DNA from: Candidatus Altimarinota bacterium | GTDB taxonomy: Bacteria > Patescibacteriota > Gracilibacteria > UBA1369 | Direction of reading: 5' to 3' | NCBI GenBank assembly: GCA_041659405.1 | Contig: JBAZYK010000017.1 | Span: forward strand, 1 to 15,883 | DNA: 15,883 bases | In this document: positions 1-7,627 of the stretch, one piece after another | Position numbering within the stretch: the first letter of the stretch is position 1 | Layout: the number at the start of each line of letters is the position of its first letter | Made by a program: the position numbers and the translations under genes | Notes under the pieces: model-generated | Told to the model about the DNA's origin: nothing | Database searches by the model: none | The model's input: only the letters and a program-made list of their open reading frames with translations

Positions 1-1
1 C

Positions 2-82
2 CTGCTTGGAGGCCTCAAAAAGCTCTATGAAATGACCGCTGAACCACCACTTGACTTAAAAGTTATTTTTGCAGACTCCTAA
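2..82 (+). CDS. 3' end of an upstream ORF cut by the window edge; position is consistent with hsdM (type I methylase subunit)
   Basis: The frame starting at nt 2 is open from the window edge: LLGGLKKLYEMTAEPPLDLKVIFADS*, with TAA at 80-82. It overlaps the hsdS TTG start (69) by 14 nt, the typical translational coupling of hsdM-hsdS. Only 26 residues are visible and they contain no diagnostic motif, so the identity is positional inference. Confidence 0.3.
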   Translation: MLGGLKKLYEMTAEPPLDLKVIFADS

Positions 83-126
83 GCCATTATTTCGGCTTTT
101 GTTCCTTGAAATCTTGGAAAGGGGTG
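3..126. repeat. Left arm of a perfect 124-bp inverted repeat (partner 15760-15883)
   Basis: I reverse-complemented 15760-15883 by hand and it is identical to 3-126 at every position. The first mismatch is 127 (a) against the complement of 15759 (c). The outer end runs to the window edge. Confidence 0.97.
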
Positions 127-1157
127 ATGGTAATTTTCCGGTCTATGGTGGAGGTGTAACGCCAACTGGCCGGTATGACAAGAAGAATACTCCAGCTGGG
201 TCTGTAACTATTGGACGAAGAGGAACTATTGGTTTCGTAAATTTTATCCCTGAAGATTTTTGGGGGACATCAAATTTGTTCATCATAACGCCAACAACTG
301 AAAAATTGCTCACTAAATTTGCTTACTACGCCATTAAAGTGCAGGAGCCTGAATTGCGAAAGCCCAAGAAAGTCGGAGGAACACCTGCAATTGATAAACC
401 TGATATAAAAAAAATAAAAATTCCTCTACCACCCATTGCAATCCAAGAATTAATTGTCAAAATTCTTAATAGTTTTACAGAGCTAGAAGCAGAGCTAGAA
501 GCAGAGCTGGAAGCAAGAATGAAACAGTATGAGTATTATTACAACCAAGTGTTTACATTTGATGATAACGTTGAAATAAAAAAGATAATGGATGTTTCGG
601 TTGTGTATGATTCATTGCACCAGACTCCAAATTACTCAGACGCTGGATTTCCAATGATAAGGGTTACAGATATAAAAGGTGGATATGTAGATACAAAAAA
701 GACTCTCAGAGTAAATCGCGAAGCATTTGAAATGTTTACTAAAAAGTATAAACCACAGTTTAACGATATTGTTATATCAAGGGTTGGTTCATATGGAAAT
801 TTTAGCTTAATCGGAGAAGAAGACGAAGTGTGTTTAGGGCAAAATACAGCTATAATCCATCCCTTAATAAATGCAAAATATTTATACTACGTATTACATT
901 CAAAAAAAGTCACACAATTTGTGGAAAATAATGTAGGCGGCGGAAGTCAAAAAACCATTAGTCTTGCTAGTATAAAACAAATCCCTATTCACGTTCCCTC
1001 CATCTCCGAACAAGAACGAATCGTTTCAATTTTAGATAAATTTGATGCCCTCGTGAACGACATCTCAATAGGTCTACCGGCCGAACTCTCGGCTCGTAGA
1101 CAGCAGTATGAATACTACCGAGGGAAGCTTTTAACTTTCAATGAATATGCCAAATAA
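69..1157 (+). CDS. hsdS: Type I restriction-modification specificity subunit HsdS (two target-recognition domains)
   Basis: 362-aa ORF with a TTG start; there is no in-frame ATG near the N-terminus. Two variable halves are each followed by a similar conserved helical segment. The central one is TELEAELEAELEARMKQYEYYYNQVFTF and the C-terminal one is LPAELSARRQQYEYYRGKLLTF, which is the hallmark HsdS TRD1-CR-TRD2-CR layout. TRD1 has the GDGNFPVYGGG...IGRRGTIG pattern. The stop overlaps the hsdR start by 17 nt. Confidence 0.9.
   Translation: MQTPKPLFRLLFLEILERGDGNFPVYGGGVTPTGRYDKKNTPAGSVTIGRRGTIGFVNFIPEDFWGTSNLFIITPTTEKLLTKFAYYAIKVQEPELRKPKKVGGTPAIDKPDIKKIKIPLPPIAIQELIVKILNSFTELEAELEAELEARMKQYEYYYNQVFTFDDNVEIKKIMDVSVVYDSLHQTPNYSDAGFPMIRVTDIKGGYVDTKKTLRVNREAFEMFTKKYKPQFNDIVISRVGSYGNFSLIGEEDEVCLGQNTAIIHPLINAKYLYYVLHSKKVTQFVENNVGGGSQKTISLASIKQIPIHVPSISEQERIVSILDKFDALVNDISIGLPAELSARRQQYEYYRGKLLTFNEYAK
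480..515 (+). repeat. Tandem 12-bp repeat x3 (gagctagaagca, gagctagaagca, gagctggaagca) encoding (ELEA)3 in the HsdS central conserved region
   Basis: Read directly from the sequence: three head-to-tail 12-mers at 480-491, 492-503 and 504-515, with one substitution in the third. They are in frame and translate to ELEAELEAELEA. Confidence 0.95.
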
Positions 1158-4100
1158 TAAATACAATTTAGTTGCTGAAAATTCTCAAAGCACCGTTGTT
1201 GGAGAATACATTCCAGACAGCAAGCGTGTCGCTAATTATCAAAGTGAGGCGGATTTGGAGAGGGCTTTTATCAAACAACTTGAGACGCAAGCGTATGAAT
1301 ATCTGCCCATCACATCCGAAGCTGATTTGGTATTGAATTTGCGCAAGCAACTGGAGAAACTCAATGATTTTACTTTTACCGATAGTGAATGGGAACGGTT
1401 TTTTGCCAGTGAGCTTGCCAATCCAAACCAAAGCATTGCCGAAAAGACCGCCACCATTCAAGAAGACCATATCAAAAACCTGATGCGCGAAGATGGCACG
1501 ACCAAGAATGTGTACCTCATAAAAAAGGACAACATTCACGACAATAGTTTACAGGTGATCAATCAATATACCACCGAGGACGGTCAGCGTGCCAATCGCT
1601 ATGACGTGACGGTGCTGGTGAACGGGTTGCCTTTGGTGCATATCGAGCTCAAGCGCCGTGGAGTGGCTATTGCCGAGGCATTCAATCAGATCAACCGTTA
1701 CAGCCGAGAAAGCTTTTGGGCTGCGTCGGGGCTTTTTGAATATGTGCAGTTGTTTATTATTTCCAATGGTACACATACCAAGTATTACAGCAACACCGTC
1801 CGTTGCGAGCACATTAAAGAAGCTGGTGAAGGTGCAGTGAAAAAAGGCAAACGCTCGAGCAACAGTTTTGAATTTACCAGCTGGTGGGCAGATGCTACTA
1901 ACCGACCGATTACGGATTTGATGGATTTTGGGAAGACTTTTTTTGCCAAGCACGCGCTTTTGAATATCTTGACCAAGTACTGCGTGTTCACTACAGATCA
2001 TCAACTTTTAGTAATGCGACCGTATCAGATAGTGGCGACGGAGAGAATACTCAATCGCATTGAAGTCAGCACCAACTACAAGAAACTCGGCACAGTTGAG
2101 GCTGGTGGGTACATTTGGCACACGACCGGATCGGGAAAAACTTTAACCAGTTTCAAAACCGCCCAGCTCGTGAGTAAGTTGGCGTATGTGGATAAAGTGG
2201 TGTTTGTGGTTGATCGCAAGGACTTGGATTATCAGACGATGCGAGAATATGACAAGTTTGAAAAAGGCGCTGCAAATAGTAATACCAGTACGGCGATTTT
2301 GAAGAAACAACTGGAAAATCCGAACGCGCGAATTATCATTACCACTATCCAGAAGCTCGATCGTTTCATTAGCCGCAATTCCGGGCATACTATTTTTGAT
2401 GGGCATGTGGTGTTGATTTTTGATGAGTGTCATCGTTCACAGTTTGGCGATATGCACGCCGCTATTACCAAAACATTCAAGAATTACAATCTGTTTGGTT
2501 TTACCGGTACGCCGATTTTTGCCATGAATGCGCCTGCCGGTGGACGGCCGGACTTGAAAACGACCGAGCAAGCTTTTGGTGAAAAATTGCATACTTACAC
2601 TATCGTGAACGCAATTGCTGACAAAAATGTTTTGCCGTTTAAGGTTGATTATGTTTCTACTGTTCGAGAAGCGGAGAATATTGAAGACGCACAGGTGCGA
2701 GATATTGACCGTGAGGCGGTGCTGGCTTCACCGGAAAGACTGGCTAATATCGTGGGCTATATTCGCGAGCATTTTGACCAAAAGACCAAGCGTAATAGTT
2801 TTTATAAACTGAAAGATAGAAGATTGGCGGGCTTTAATTCTATTTTTGCAGTTTCATCTATTGATGTGGCGAAGAAGTATTATGCAGAGTTCAAAAAACA
2901 ACTTGAGGGTGCGCCAAGTGATAAACAACTCAAAGTAGCAACAATTTATAGCTTTAGCGTAAACGATGAAGATGCCGATGGAATGATCGATGAAAACTCC
3001 GAGGACACAAGCGGGCTTGATGTGAGTTCCCGTGATTTTCTTGATAGTGCAATCATCGATTACAATGCAATGTTTGGTACATCCTTTGATACTTCATCTG
3101 ATAGGTTTCAAAATTATTATAAAGATGTGAGTTTAAGAGTGAAAAATCGTGAGATTGATGTTCTGATTGTGGTCAATATGTTTTTGACTGGCTTTGACGC
3201 TACAACGCTGAATACGCTTTGGGTGGATAAAAACCTGAGATTGCATGGACTCTTACAGGCATTTTCGCGAACCAATCGTATTTTGAATAGCGTAAAAACT
3301 TTTGGAAACATTGTTTGCTTCCGTAACCTAGAGAAAGCGACCAATGAATCCATCGCTCTTTTTGGGGATAAAGAAGCAGGCGGTGTCGTGCTTCTCAAAG
3401 CATACGAAGAGTATTACAACGGTTACAAAGACGGTGAAAAGGAAGTACGCGGGTACGCAAGCATGGTAGCGGAGCTCTTGGAAAAATTTCCTGCTGGACA
3501 GCGAATTATAGGCGAGCAAAATCAGAAAGATTTTATCAAGCTTTATGGCGGGATTTTGCGCGTGCGAAATATTCTGACAACTTTTGACGAATTTGCCAGC
3601 AATGAGATTTTAACTGAACGTGATGTGCAAGATTATCACAGTGCATACATCGACCTCTACAACGAACTTCGTAAGGGCACAGAGGTTGATCAAGAAAATA
3701 TTAACGATGACTTGGTGTTTGAAATGGAGCTTATCAAGCAGGTAGAAATAAATATTGATTTTGTATTGGGGCTCATCAAAAGATACCACGAAGATCACAA
3801 TAAGAATCGCGAGATTTTGGTTGATATCAATAAAGCGATTGATTCAAGTGTTGAACTACGAAACAAAAAGGATCTCATCAATCAGTTTATCACTTCACTT
3901 GATATCCACTCAGTAGTTGATGATGATTGGCAGAAATTTGTGGATAAGAAAAAGATTGAGGAGCTCGAAAAGATTATTGATAATGAAGGTCTGGATCACG
4001 ATGCAACGTATGCGTTTGTACGAAATTCTTTTCGTGATGGAAGCGTGGCAACGACTGGCACGGCAATAACCAAAGTTTTACCACCTGTTTCTCGCTTTTC

Positions 4101-4197
4101 TCCGACTGGCGAGCGCACCCAAAAACGCGAAAGCGTGCTAAGTAAATTGACAAGCTTCTTTGAAAGATTTTTCGATATTTCAGGCGGAAAGTTATAA
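1141..4197 (+). CDS. hsdR: Type I restriction enzyme R subunit HsdR (EcoR124I-like / type IC-like)
   Basis: 1018-aa ORF with ATG at 1141. The N-terminal YQSEADLERAFIKQLE resembles the EcoR124I HsdR N-terminus. Nuclease motif: RYDVTVLVNGLPLVHIELKR (D...ExK). SF2 motor motifs: HTTGSGKT (I), FDECHRSQ (II), GFTGTP (III) and QAFSRTNR (VI). A long helical C-terminal domain follows. Confidence 0.97.
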   Translation: MNMPNNKYNLVAENSQSTVVGEYIPDSKRVANYQSEADLERAFIKQLETQAYEYLPITSEADLVLNLRKQLEKLNDFTFTDSEWERFFASELANPNQSIAEKTATIQEDHIKNLMREDGTTKNVYLIKKDNIHDNSLQVINQYTTEDGQRANRYDVTVLVNGLPLVHIELKRRGVAIAEAFNQINRYSRESFWAASGLFEYVQLFIISNGTHTKYYSNTVRCEHIKEAGEGAVKKGKRSSNSFEFTSWWADATNRPITDLMDFGKTFFAKHALLNILTKYCVFTTDHQLLVMRPYQIVATERILNRIEVSTNYKKLGTVEAGGYIWHTTGSGKTLTSFKTAQLVSKLAYVDKVVFVVDRKDLDYQTMREYDKFEKGAANSNTSTAILKKQLENPNARIIITTIQKLDRFISRNSGHTIFDGHVVLIFDECHRSQFGDMHAAITKTFKNYNLFGFTGTPIFAMNAPAGGRPDLKTTEQAFGEKLHTYTIVNAIADKNVLPFKVDYVSTVREAENIEDAQVRDIDREAVLASPERLANIVGYIREHFDQKTKRNSFYKLKDRRLAGFNSIFAVSSIDVAKKYYAEFKKQLEGAPSDKQLKVATIYSFSVNDEDADGMIDENSEDTSGLDVSSRDFLDSAIIDYNAMFGTSFDTSSDRFQNYYKDVSLRVKNREIDVLIVVNMFLTGFDATTLNTLWVDKNLRLHGLLQAFSRTNRILNSVKTFGNIVCFRNLEKATNESIALFGDKEAGGVVLLKAYEEYYNGYKDGEKEVRGYASMVAELLEKFPAGQRIIGEQNQKDFIKLYGGILRVRNILTTFDEFASNEILTERDVQDYHSAYIDLYNELRKGTEVDQENINDDLVFEMELIKQVEINIDFVLGLIKRYHEDHNKNREILVDINKAIDSSVELRNKKDLINQFITSLDIHSVVDDDWQKFVDKKKIEELEKIIDNEGLDHDATYAFVRNSFRDGSVATTGTAITKVLPPVSRFSPTGERTQKRESVLSKLTSFFERFFDISGGKL

Positions 4198-4215
4198 CAA
4201 AATTAAAAAATTAAT

Positions 4216-5505
4216 ATGAACGAAATTATATGCCCATATTGTGAAAAAGCCTTCAAAGTCGATGAGGCGGGATTCGCAGACATACTTAAGCAAGTGCGTG
4301 ATCATGAGTTTGAAAAAGAACTGCATGAGCGATTAGACATGGCAAAAAAAGAAAAAGAAAATGCTATAAAACTCGCCGAGGCTAATATTACAAATACATT
4401 GCAAAAGGATATTGCAAAGAAGGAGACTGAATTAGTTGAGCTAAAGGCTAAAAAGGACCATGAACTGGCTGAGCTTGATGCAAGGAAAGAATCCGAACTA
4501 GCCGAAATGAAATCAAAATTCAATAATGTAGAGCTTGAGAAAAAACTTGCCGTCACCGAAGCGGTCAATAAAATTGAGAAAGAGCGTGACAAACTTGCCG
4601 GCGAGCTGAAAAGCAAAGAGACCGAGAAGCAATTACTTGAGAAGTCATTAAATGAGAAGTTTTCCACTGAACTCAAGAGCAAGGACGACATTATCAAGAT
4701 GAAAGATGAGGAAATTGCTCTTCGCAAAGACATGAAGGTCAAACTCTCAACAAAAATGATAGGCGAAACACTCGAACAGCACTGCGAGACCGAATTTAAC
4801 AAACTTCGTCCAACTGGTTTCCAAAATGCATATTTTGAAAAAGACAACGATACGAAAACTGGTAGCAAGGGGGATTATATTTATCGCGAAACCGATGGAG
4901 CTGGCAATGAAGTCATTTCTATCATGTTTGAAATGAAAAATGAGGGTGATGAGACCTCTACAAAGCATAGGAACGAAGATTTTTTACGCGAGCTTGATAA
5001 AGACCGTGTAGAGAAAAAATGTGAGTACGCTGTCCTTGTTACGCTTCTGGAAGCCGAAAATGAGCTTTATAACACCGGCATCGTCGACGTCTCCCATAAA
5101 TATCCCAAAATGTATGTAGTTCGCCCACAATTTTTCATCCCAATTATAACCCTGCTACGCAACGCTGCTACGAACTCACTTAAATACAAAACTGAGCTTG
5201 CCTTGGTAAGGAGCCAGAATGTCGACATCACCAACTTTGAGGAAAATATTAATGAGTTTAAAGATGGTTTTGCTAAAAATTATGATCTCGCCAGTCGTAA
5301 ATTCAAAACTGCCATCGAAGAAATAGATAAAACCATCGACCATCTTCAGAAAACCAAAGATGACCTCCTGTCGTCTGAAAATAACCTTCGTCTCGCTAAT
5401 AATAAAGCAGAAGATTTGACAATCAAAAGACTAACGCGCGGCAATCCTACAATGGCAGCTAAGTTTGCAGAGCTTTCCGATACCGACAAAACTATCAACA
5501 ATTAG
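4216..5505 (+). CDS. DUF2130-like protein: N-terminal CxxC knuckle, long K/E-rich coiled coil, C-terminal domain with a PD-(D/E)xK-like D...ExK signature
   Basis: 429-aa ORF with ATG at 4216, only 18 nt after the hsdR stop. It has CPYCEKAF at residues 6-13 and a heptad-like K/E/L-rich region at about residues 35-175. The C-terminal block contains [21 protein letters not shown]...[21 protein letters not shown] and [15 protein letters not shown] recognise that block from memory as the DUF2130 family pattern; this is not verified by search. Confidence 0.8.
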   Translation: MNEIICPYCEKAFKVDEAGFADILKQVRDHEFEKELHERLDMAKKEKENAIKLAEANITNTLQKDIAKKETELVELKAKKDHELAELDARKESELAEMKSKFNNVELEKKLAVTEAVNKIEKERDKLAGELKSKETEKQLLEKSLNEKFSTELKSKDDIIKMKDEEIALRKDMKVKLSTKMIGETLEQHCETEFNKLRPTGFQNAYFEKDNDTKTGSKGDYIYRETDGAGNEVISIMFEMKNEGDETSTKHRNEDFLRELDKDRVEKKCEYAVLVTLLEAENELYNTGIVDVSHKYPKMYVVRPQFFIPIITLLRNAATNSLKYKTELALVRSQNVDITNFEENINEFKDGFAKNYDLASRKFKTAIEEIDKTIDHLQKTKDDLLSSENNLRLANNKAEDLTIKRLTRGNPTMAAKFAELSDTDKTINN

Positions 5506-5547
5506 AACTTGGCGAAATGCCAAAAATTTCAGAATAACAATAAATTT

Positions 5548-6003
5548 ATGAATAAAAAAATTCTATATATAGACATGGATAATGTGCTCGTAGACTTCTC
5601 CTCGGGGATTGCAAAAATTAGCGATGATCTTAAACATGAATATAACGACAGACTCGATGAGGTTCCGGGCATTTTTGATTTAATGGATCCTATGCCGGGC
5701 GCTATTGAGGCCTATAAAAAGCTGTCTACTTTATTTGATACATACATTTTATCTACAGCACCATGGAAAAACCCATCGGCGTGGCAACACAAACTCGAGT
5801 GGGTGCATAAATATCTTCATGATGAAGCTTACAAAAGATTAATTCTTGCACACCATAAAAACCTACTTCGTGGCGATTATTTAATTGATGATAGAGAAAA
5901 AAATGGTGCCAAAGAATTCGAAGGTCAATTAATACTGTTTGGATCTGAACAATTTCCAGATTGGTCGCATGTGCTCACGTATTTAAAAGAAAAAGAACAA
6001 TAA
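5548..6003 (+). CDS. HAD-superfamily 5'(3')-deoxyribonucleotidase (NT5C-like)
   Basis: I prefer ATG 5548 over the ORF-track TTG 5509. With ATG 5548, HAD motif I (YIDMDNVLVDF, DxDxV) sits about 8 residues from the N-terminus, as in NT5C proteins. Motif II is ILSTAP. Motifs III/IV are HHKNLLRGDYLIDDREKN. The size (~151 aa) and the C-terminal FEGQLILFGS fit the family. Confidence 0.8.
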   Translation: MNKKILYIDMDNVLVDFSSGIAKISDDLKHEYNDRLDEVPGIFDLMDPMPGAIEAYKKLSTLFDTYILSTAPWKNPSAWQHKLEWVHKYLHDEAYKRLILAHHKNLLRGDYLIDDREKNGAKEFEGQLILFGSEQFPDWSHVLTYLKEKEQ

Positions 6004-6112
6004 GGCGTTTTAATCGGGCATTCATCCCCTTAATTCCCCTCTGTACTTCGCCCCAAACGGAAAAACATCGCCTATACCAGGCCGTTAGGACTAATTATTT
6101 TTTCACATAAAC

Positions 6113-6634
6113 ATGAGTGACTGGTTGTATAGCAATAGTTCCGATAATAAAAACAGATTTATACTTGGCGAAAAAGGTCTCCATCCTCTTATTTGCATTG
6201 GCATAAACCCAAGTACTGCTACACCAAGTAAGCTCGACAACACGCTAAGGACTGTTAAAAACAGAGCATTATCTTTGGGCTATGATTCATGGATTATGAT
6301 AAATATTTATCCTCAGAGAGCAACAGAGCCAAAAAATCTGGATAAACAATTAAATTCAGAAACACATAAAAAAAACATTGAAGAGCTTAAAAATCTTTTT
6401 TCAAATACACAGCATGATATATGGGCTGCATGGGGCACTTCCATTAAAATTCGTCCCTATTTAACAACCTGCCTTCAAGAAATTAACCAAGTTATTCCAT
6501 CCAATAATGCAAAATGGTTTACGATAGGAAAAAGATCAAAAGAAGGACATCCACACCATCCCTTGTATTTGAAAAAATGTTTATCTCTAGACATCTTTGA
6601 TATTGATGGATACTTGATCGAACAAACAAAATAA
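6113..6634 (+). CDS. DUF1643-like protein
   Basis: 173-aa ORF with ATG at 6113. PLICIGINPSTA, LDNTLRTV, WIMINIYPQRATEP and EGHPHHPLYL match my recollection of DUF1643 family signatures (NPS.A / D.T / N.. pQR...P / HPLY). Family assignment is from memory and needs an HMM search. Confidence 0.7.
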   Translation: MSDWLYSNSSDNKNRFILGEKGLHPLICIGINPSTATPSKLDNTLRTVKNRALSLGYDSWIMINIYPQRATEPKNLDKQLNSETHKKNIEELKNLFSNTQHDIWAAWGTSIKIRPYLTTCLQEINQVIPSNNAKWFTIGKRSKEGHPHHPLYLKKCLSLDIFDIDGYLIEQTK

Positions 6635-6659
6635 CAATTCCTAACGGCGCCAAAACATT

Positions 6660-7088
6660 TTACTTGCGCTTCTTCCCCACCACCACTAAAAGCGAAAAAT
6701 CTTGCGGGCCATCAAGCGAAATCACGTGATAGGGCACCAAAGAAAGGCCGTCGACTTCAAGTCCATGCTTTTTTAATGCTTCGATCAGTTTTTCGACTGT
6801 GCCAATTGGCGAATCACTTTTAAGATCAAGCTTTGAGCTGTAATGAATGGGCTTTTCGGCACCTTTTCCGTCAGTTTTCGGGTCGATGATGCCCTTGGTT
6901 GCAATAAAAAAACGCCCGTCGGCCTCCAAAAGATCAGCAATATTCGCAAAAAGCTGATCGGGATCTTCCACTCGATCAGTGGTTAAAGTTGTCCCAACCA
7001 GGCCCGCCATAGCCTTTTTCAAAGGAGGTTTTTGAGTTAATTCAGGACTGCAAGCACCGCAGAAATCCCACTAGCAGGGTGGCGCAGG
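6660..7088 (-). pseudogene. 5'-truncated paralog of the C-terminal ~120 codons of the methyltransferase-like gene at 8356-9894; it lacks the SAM-binding motif
   Basis: ORF 6660-7022 (120 aa) aligns residue for residue with the C-terminus of the 512-aa ORF: GLVGTTLTTDRVEDP.QLFANIADLLEADGRFFIATKGIIDPKTDGKGAE.PIHYSSKLDLKS.SPIGT.EKLIEALKKHGLEVDGLSLVPYHVISLDGPQDFSLLVV. Nucleotide homology continues to about 7088-7100. A 10-nt deletion near 7050 shifts the frame, and an in-frame TAG lies at 7071-7073 on the minus strand. The fragment may still be expressed as a small protein from TTG 7022 or ATG 7010; see findings. Confidence 0.55.
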
Positions 7089-7100
7089 ATATTAATTGCG
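6664..7100 (-). repeat. Direct repeat copy A (partner 8366-8812), about 95% identical
   Basis: Hand alignment of 6681-7088 against 8383-8800 gives 21 substitutions plus one 10-nt indel. The edges are degenerate, so the boundaries are approximate. Confidence 0.9.
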
Positions 7101-7109
7101 TGATATAAT
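7101..7109 (+). promoter_or_regulatory. Candidate extended -10 promoter element (TGaTATAAT) for the membrane-protein cassette
   Basis: tgatataat at 7101-7109 is a perfect TGnTATAAT. It lies 29 nt upstream of ATG 7138, immediately after the end of repeat copy A, inside an AT-rich leader. This rests on a consensus match only. Confidence 0.45.
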
Positions 7110-7137
7110 AAAAACAATAAATTTTAATTTTTTTAAT

Positions 7138-7587
7138 ATGGAACAAGCTCAAAATCCAACGCCGACAACGCAATTACAAAATAATAAAGCGCCAATTGGC
7201 ATTAAAATAATGGCGGGATTATTGCTCTTTATTGGGCTCGGAATAGGGGTTGACGTCCTATTATCTGGTATGTCAGCCTTTTTATTCGGCGGATTATTGG
7301 CAGTTTTAGCTGTCATTGCTTTAATCCTATTCTTATTTACCGAAAAAACGGCAATGAGTCTATTCAAATTAAAACCAACAAGTAAAAGAAATTATTACAT
7401 TGCCGTAGCGTTGGATATGGTATATTTGGCGAGCAAATCATCAATGGGAATTTACTTGCTTGCCAAAAAAGCACCGCCCGCACAAGCGTACATAGGAGCT
7501 TTGCTTGTGGCTTTAGTGGGTTTTACTATCCTTGCTTTGCCGTTTTTTCTTATCACAAAAAAGCATAAGGAATTATTCCAAATATAA
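7138..7587 (+). CDS. Hypothetical small integral membrane protein (about 4 TM helices)
   Basis: I prefer ATG 7138 over the ORF-track alternative start at 7096. Four hydrophobic stretches are visible: IMAGLLLFIGLGIGVDVLL, FLFGGLLAVLAVIALILFLF, YYIAVALDMVYLA..MGIYLLA and YIGALLVALVGFTILALPFFLI. I recognise no family. Confidence 0.7.
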   Translation: MEQAQNPTPTTQLQNNKAPIGIKIMAGLLLFIGLGIGVDVLLSGMSAFLFGGLLAVLAVIALILFLFTEKTAMSLFKLKPTSKRNYYIAVALDMVYLASKSSMGIYLLAKKAPPAQAYIGALLVALVGFTILALPFFLITKKHKELFQI

Positions 7588-7627
7588 CAGCGCCCAACCG
7601 CTGCGCCTGCGGGCATAAACCATTTTT

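Noticed and set aside
1168-3798. Multiple 60-150-aa ORFs antisense to or out of frame within hsdR (e.g. 1168-1539, 1549-2004, 2143-2433, 3117-3398).
   Set aside because: They lie entirely inside a 1018-aa ORF with unmistakable HsdR motifs. They have no recognisable motifs and are hydrophobic or low-complexity translations typical of shadow ORFs.
4302-4868. 188-aa minus-strand ORF rich in Ser/Phe/Leu, overlapping the DUF2130-like gene.
   Set aside because: It is the antisense mirror of the GAA/AAG/AAA-rich coiled-coil codons (complementary TTC/CTT/TTT codons give F/L, and antisense of other codons adds S). It is stop-free only because of that composition and is not an independent gene.
5509-5547. 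TTG start at 5509, adding 13 residues (MAKCQKFQNNNKF) to the NT5C-like protein.
   Set aside because: HAD motif I normally lies within about 10 residues of the N-terminus. ATG 5548 gives exactly that, and the extension has no conserved look. The ribosome could still use either start.
6081-6648. gttagga / tcctaac flanking the DUF1643-like gene, considered as integron attC core sites (GTTRRRY / RYYYAAC).
   Set aside because: Neither matches the consensus exactly at the last or first position. The two halves are 550 bp apart rather than within one 60-140-bp attC. I found no paired inverse core nearby and no intI.
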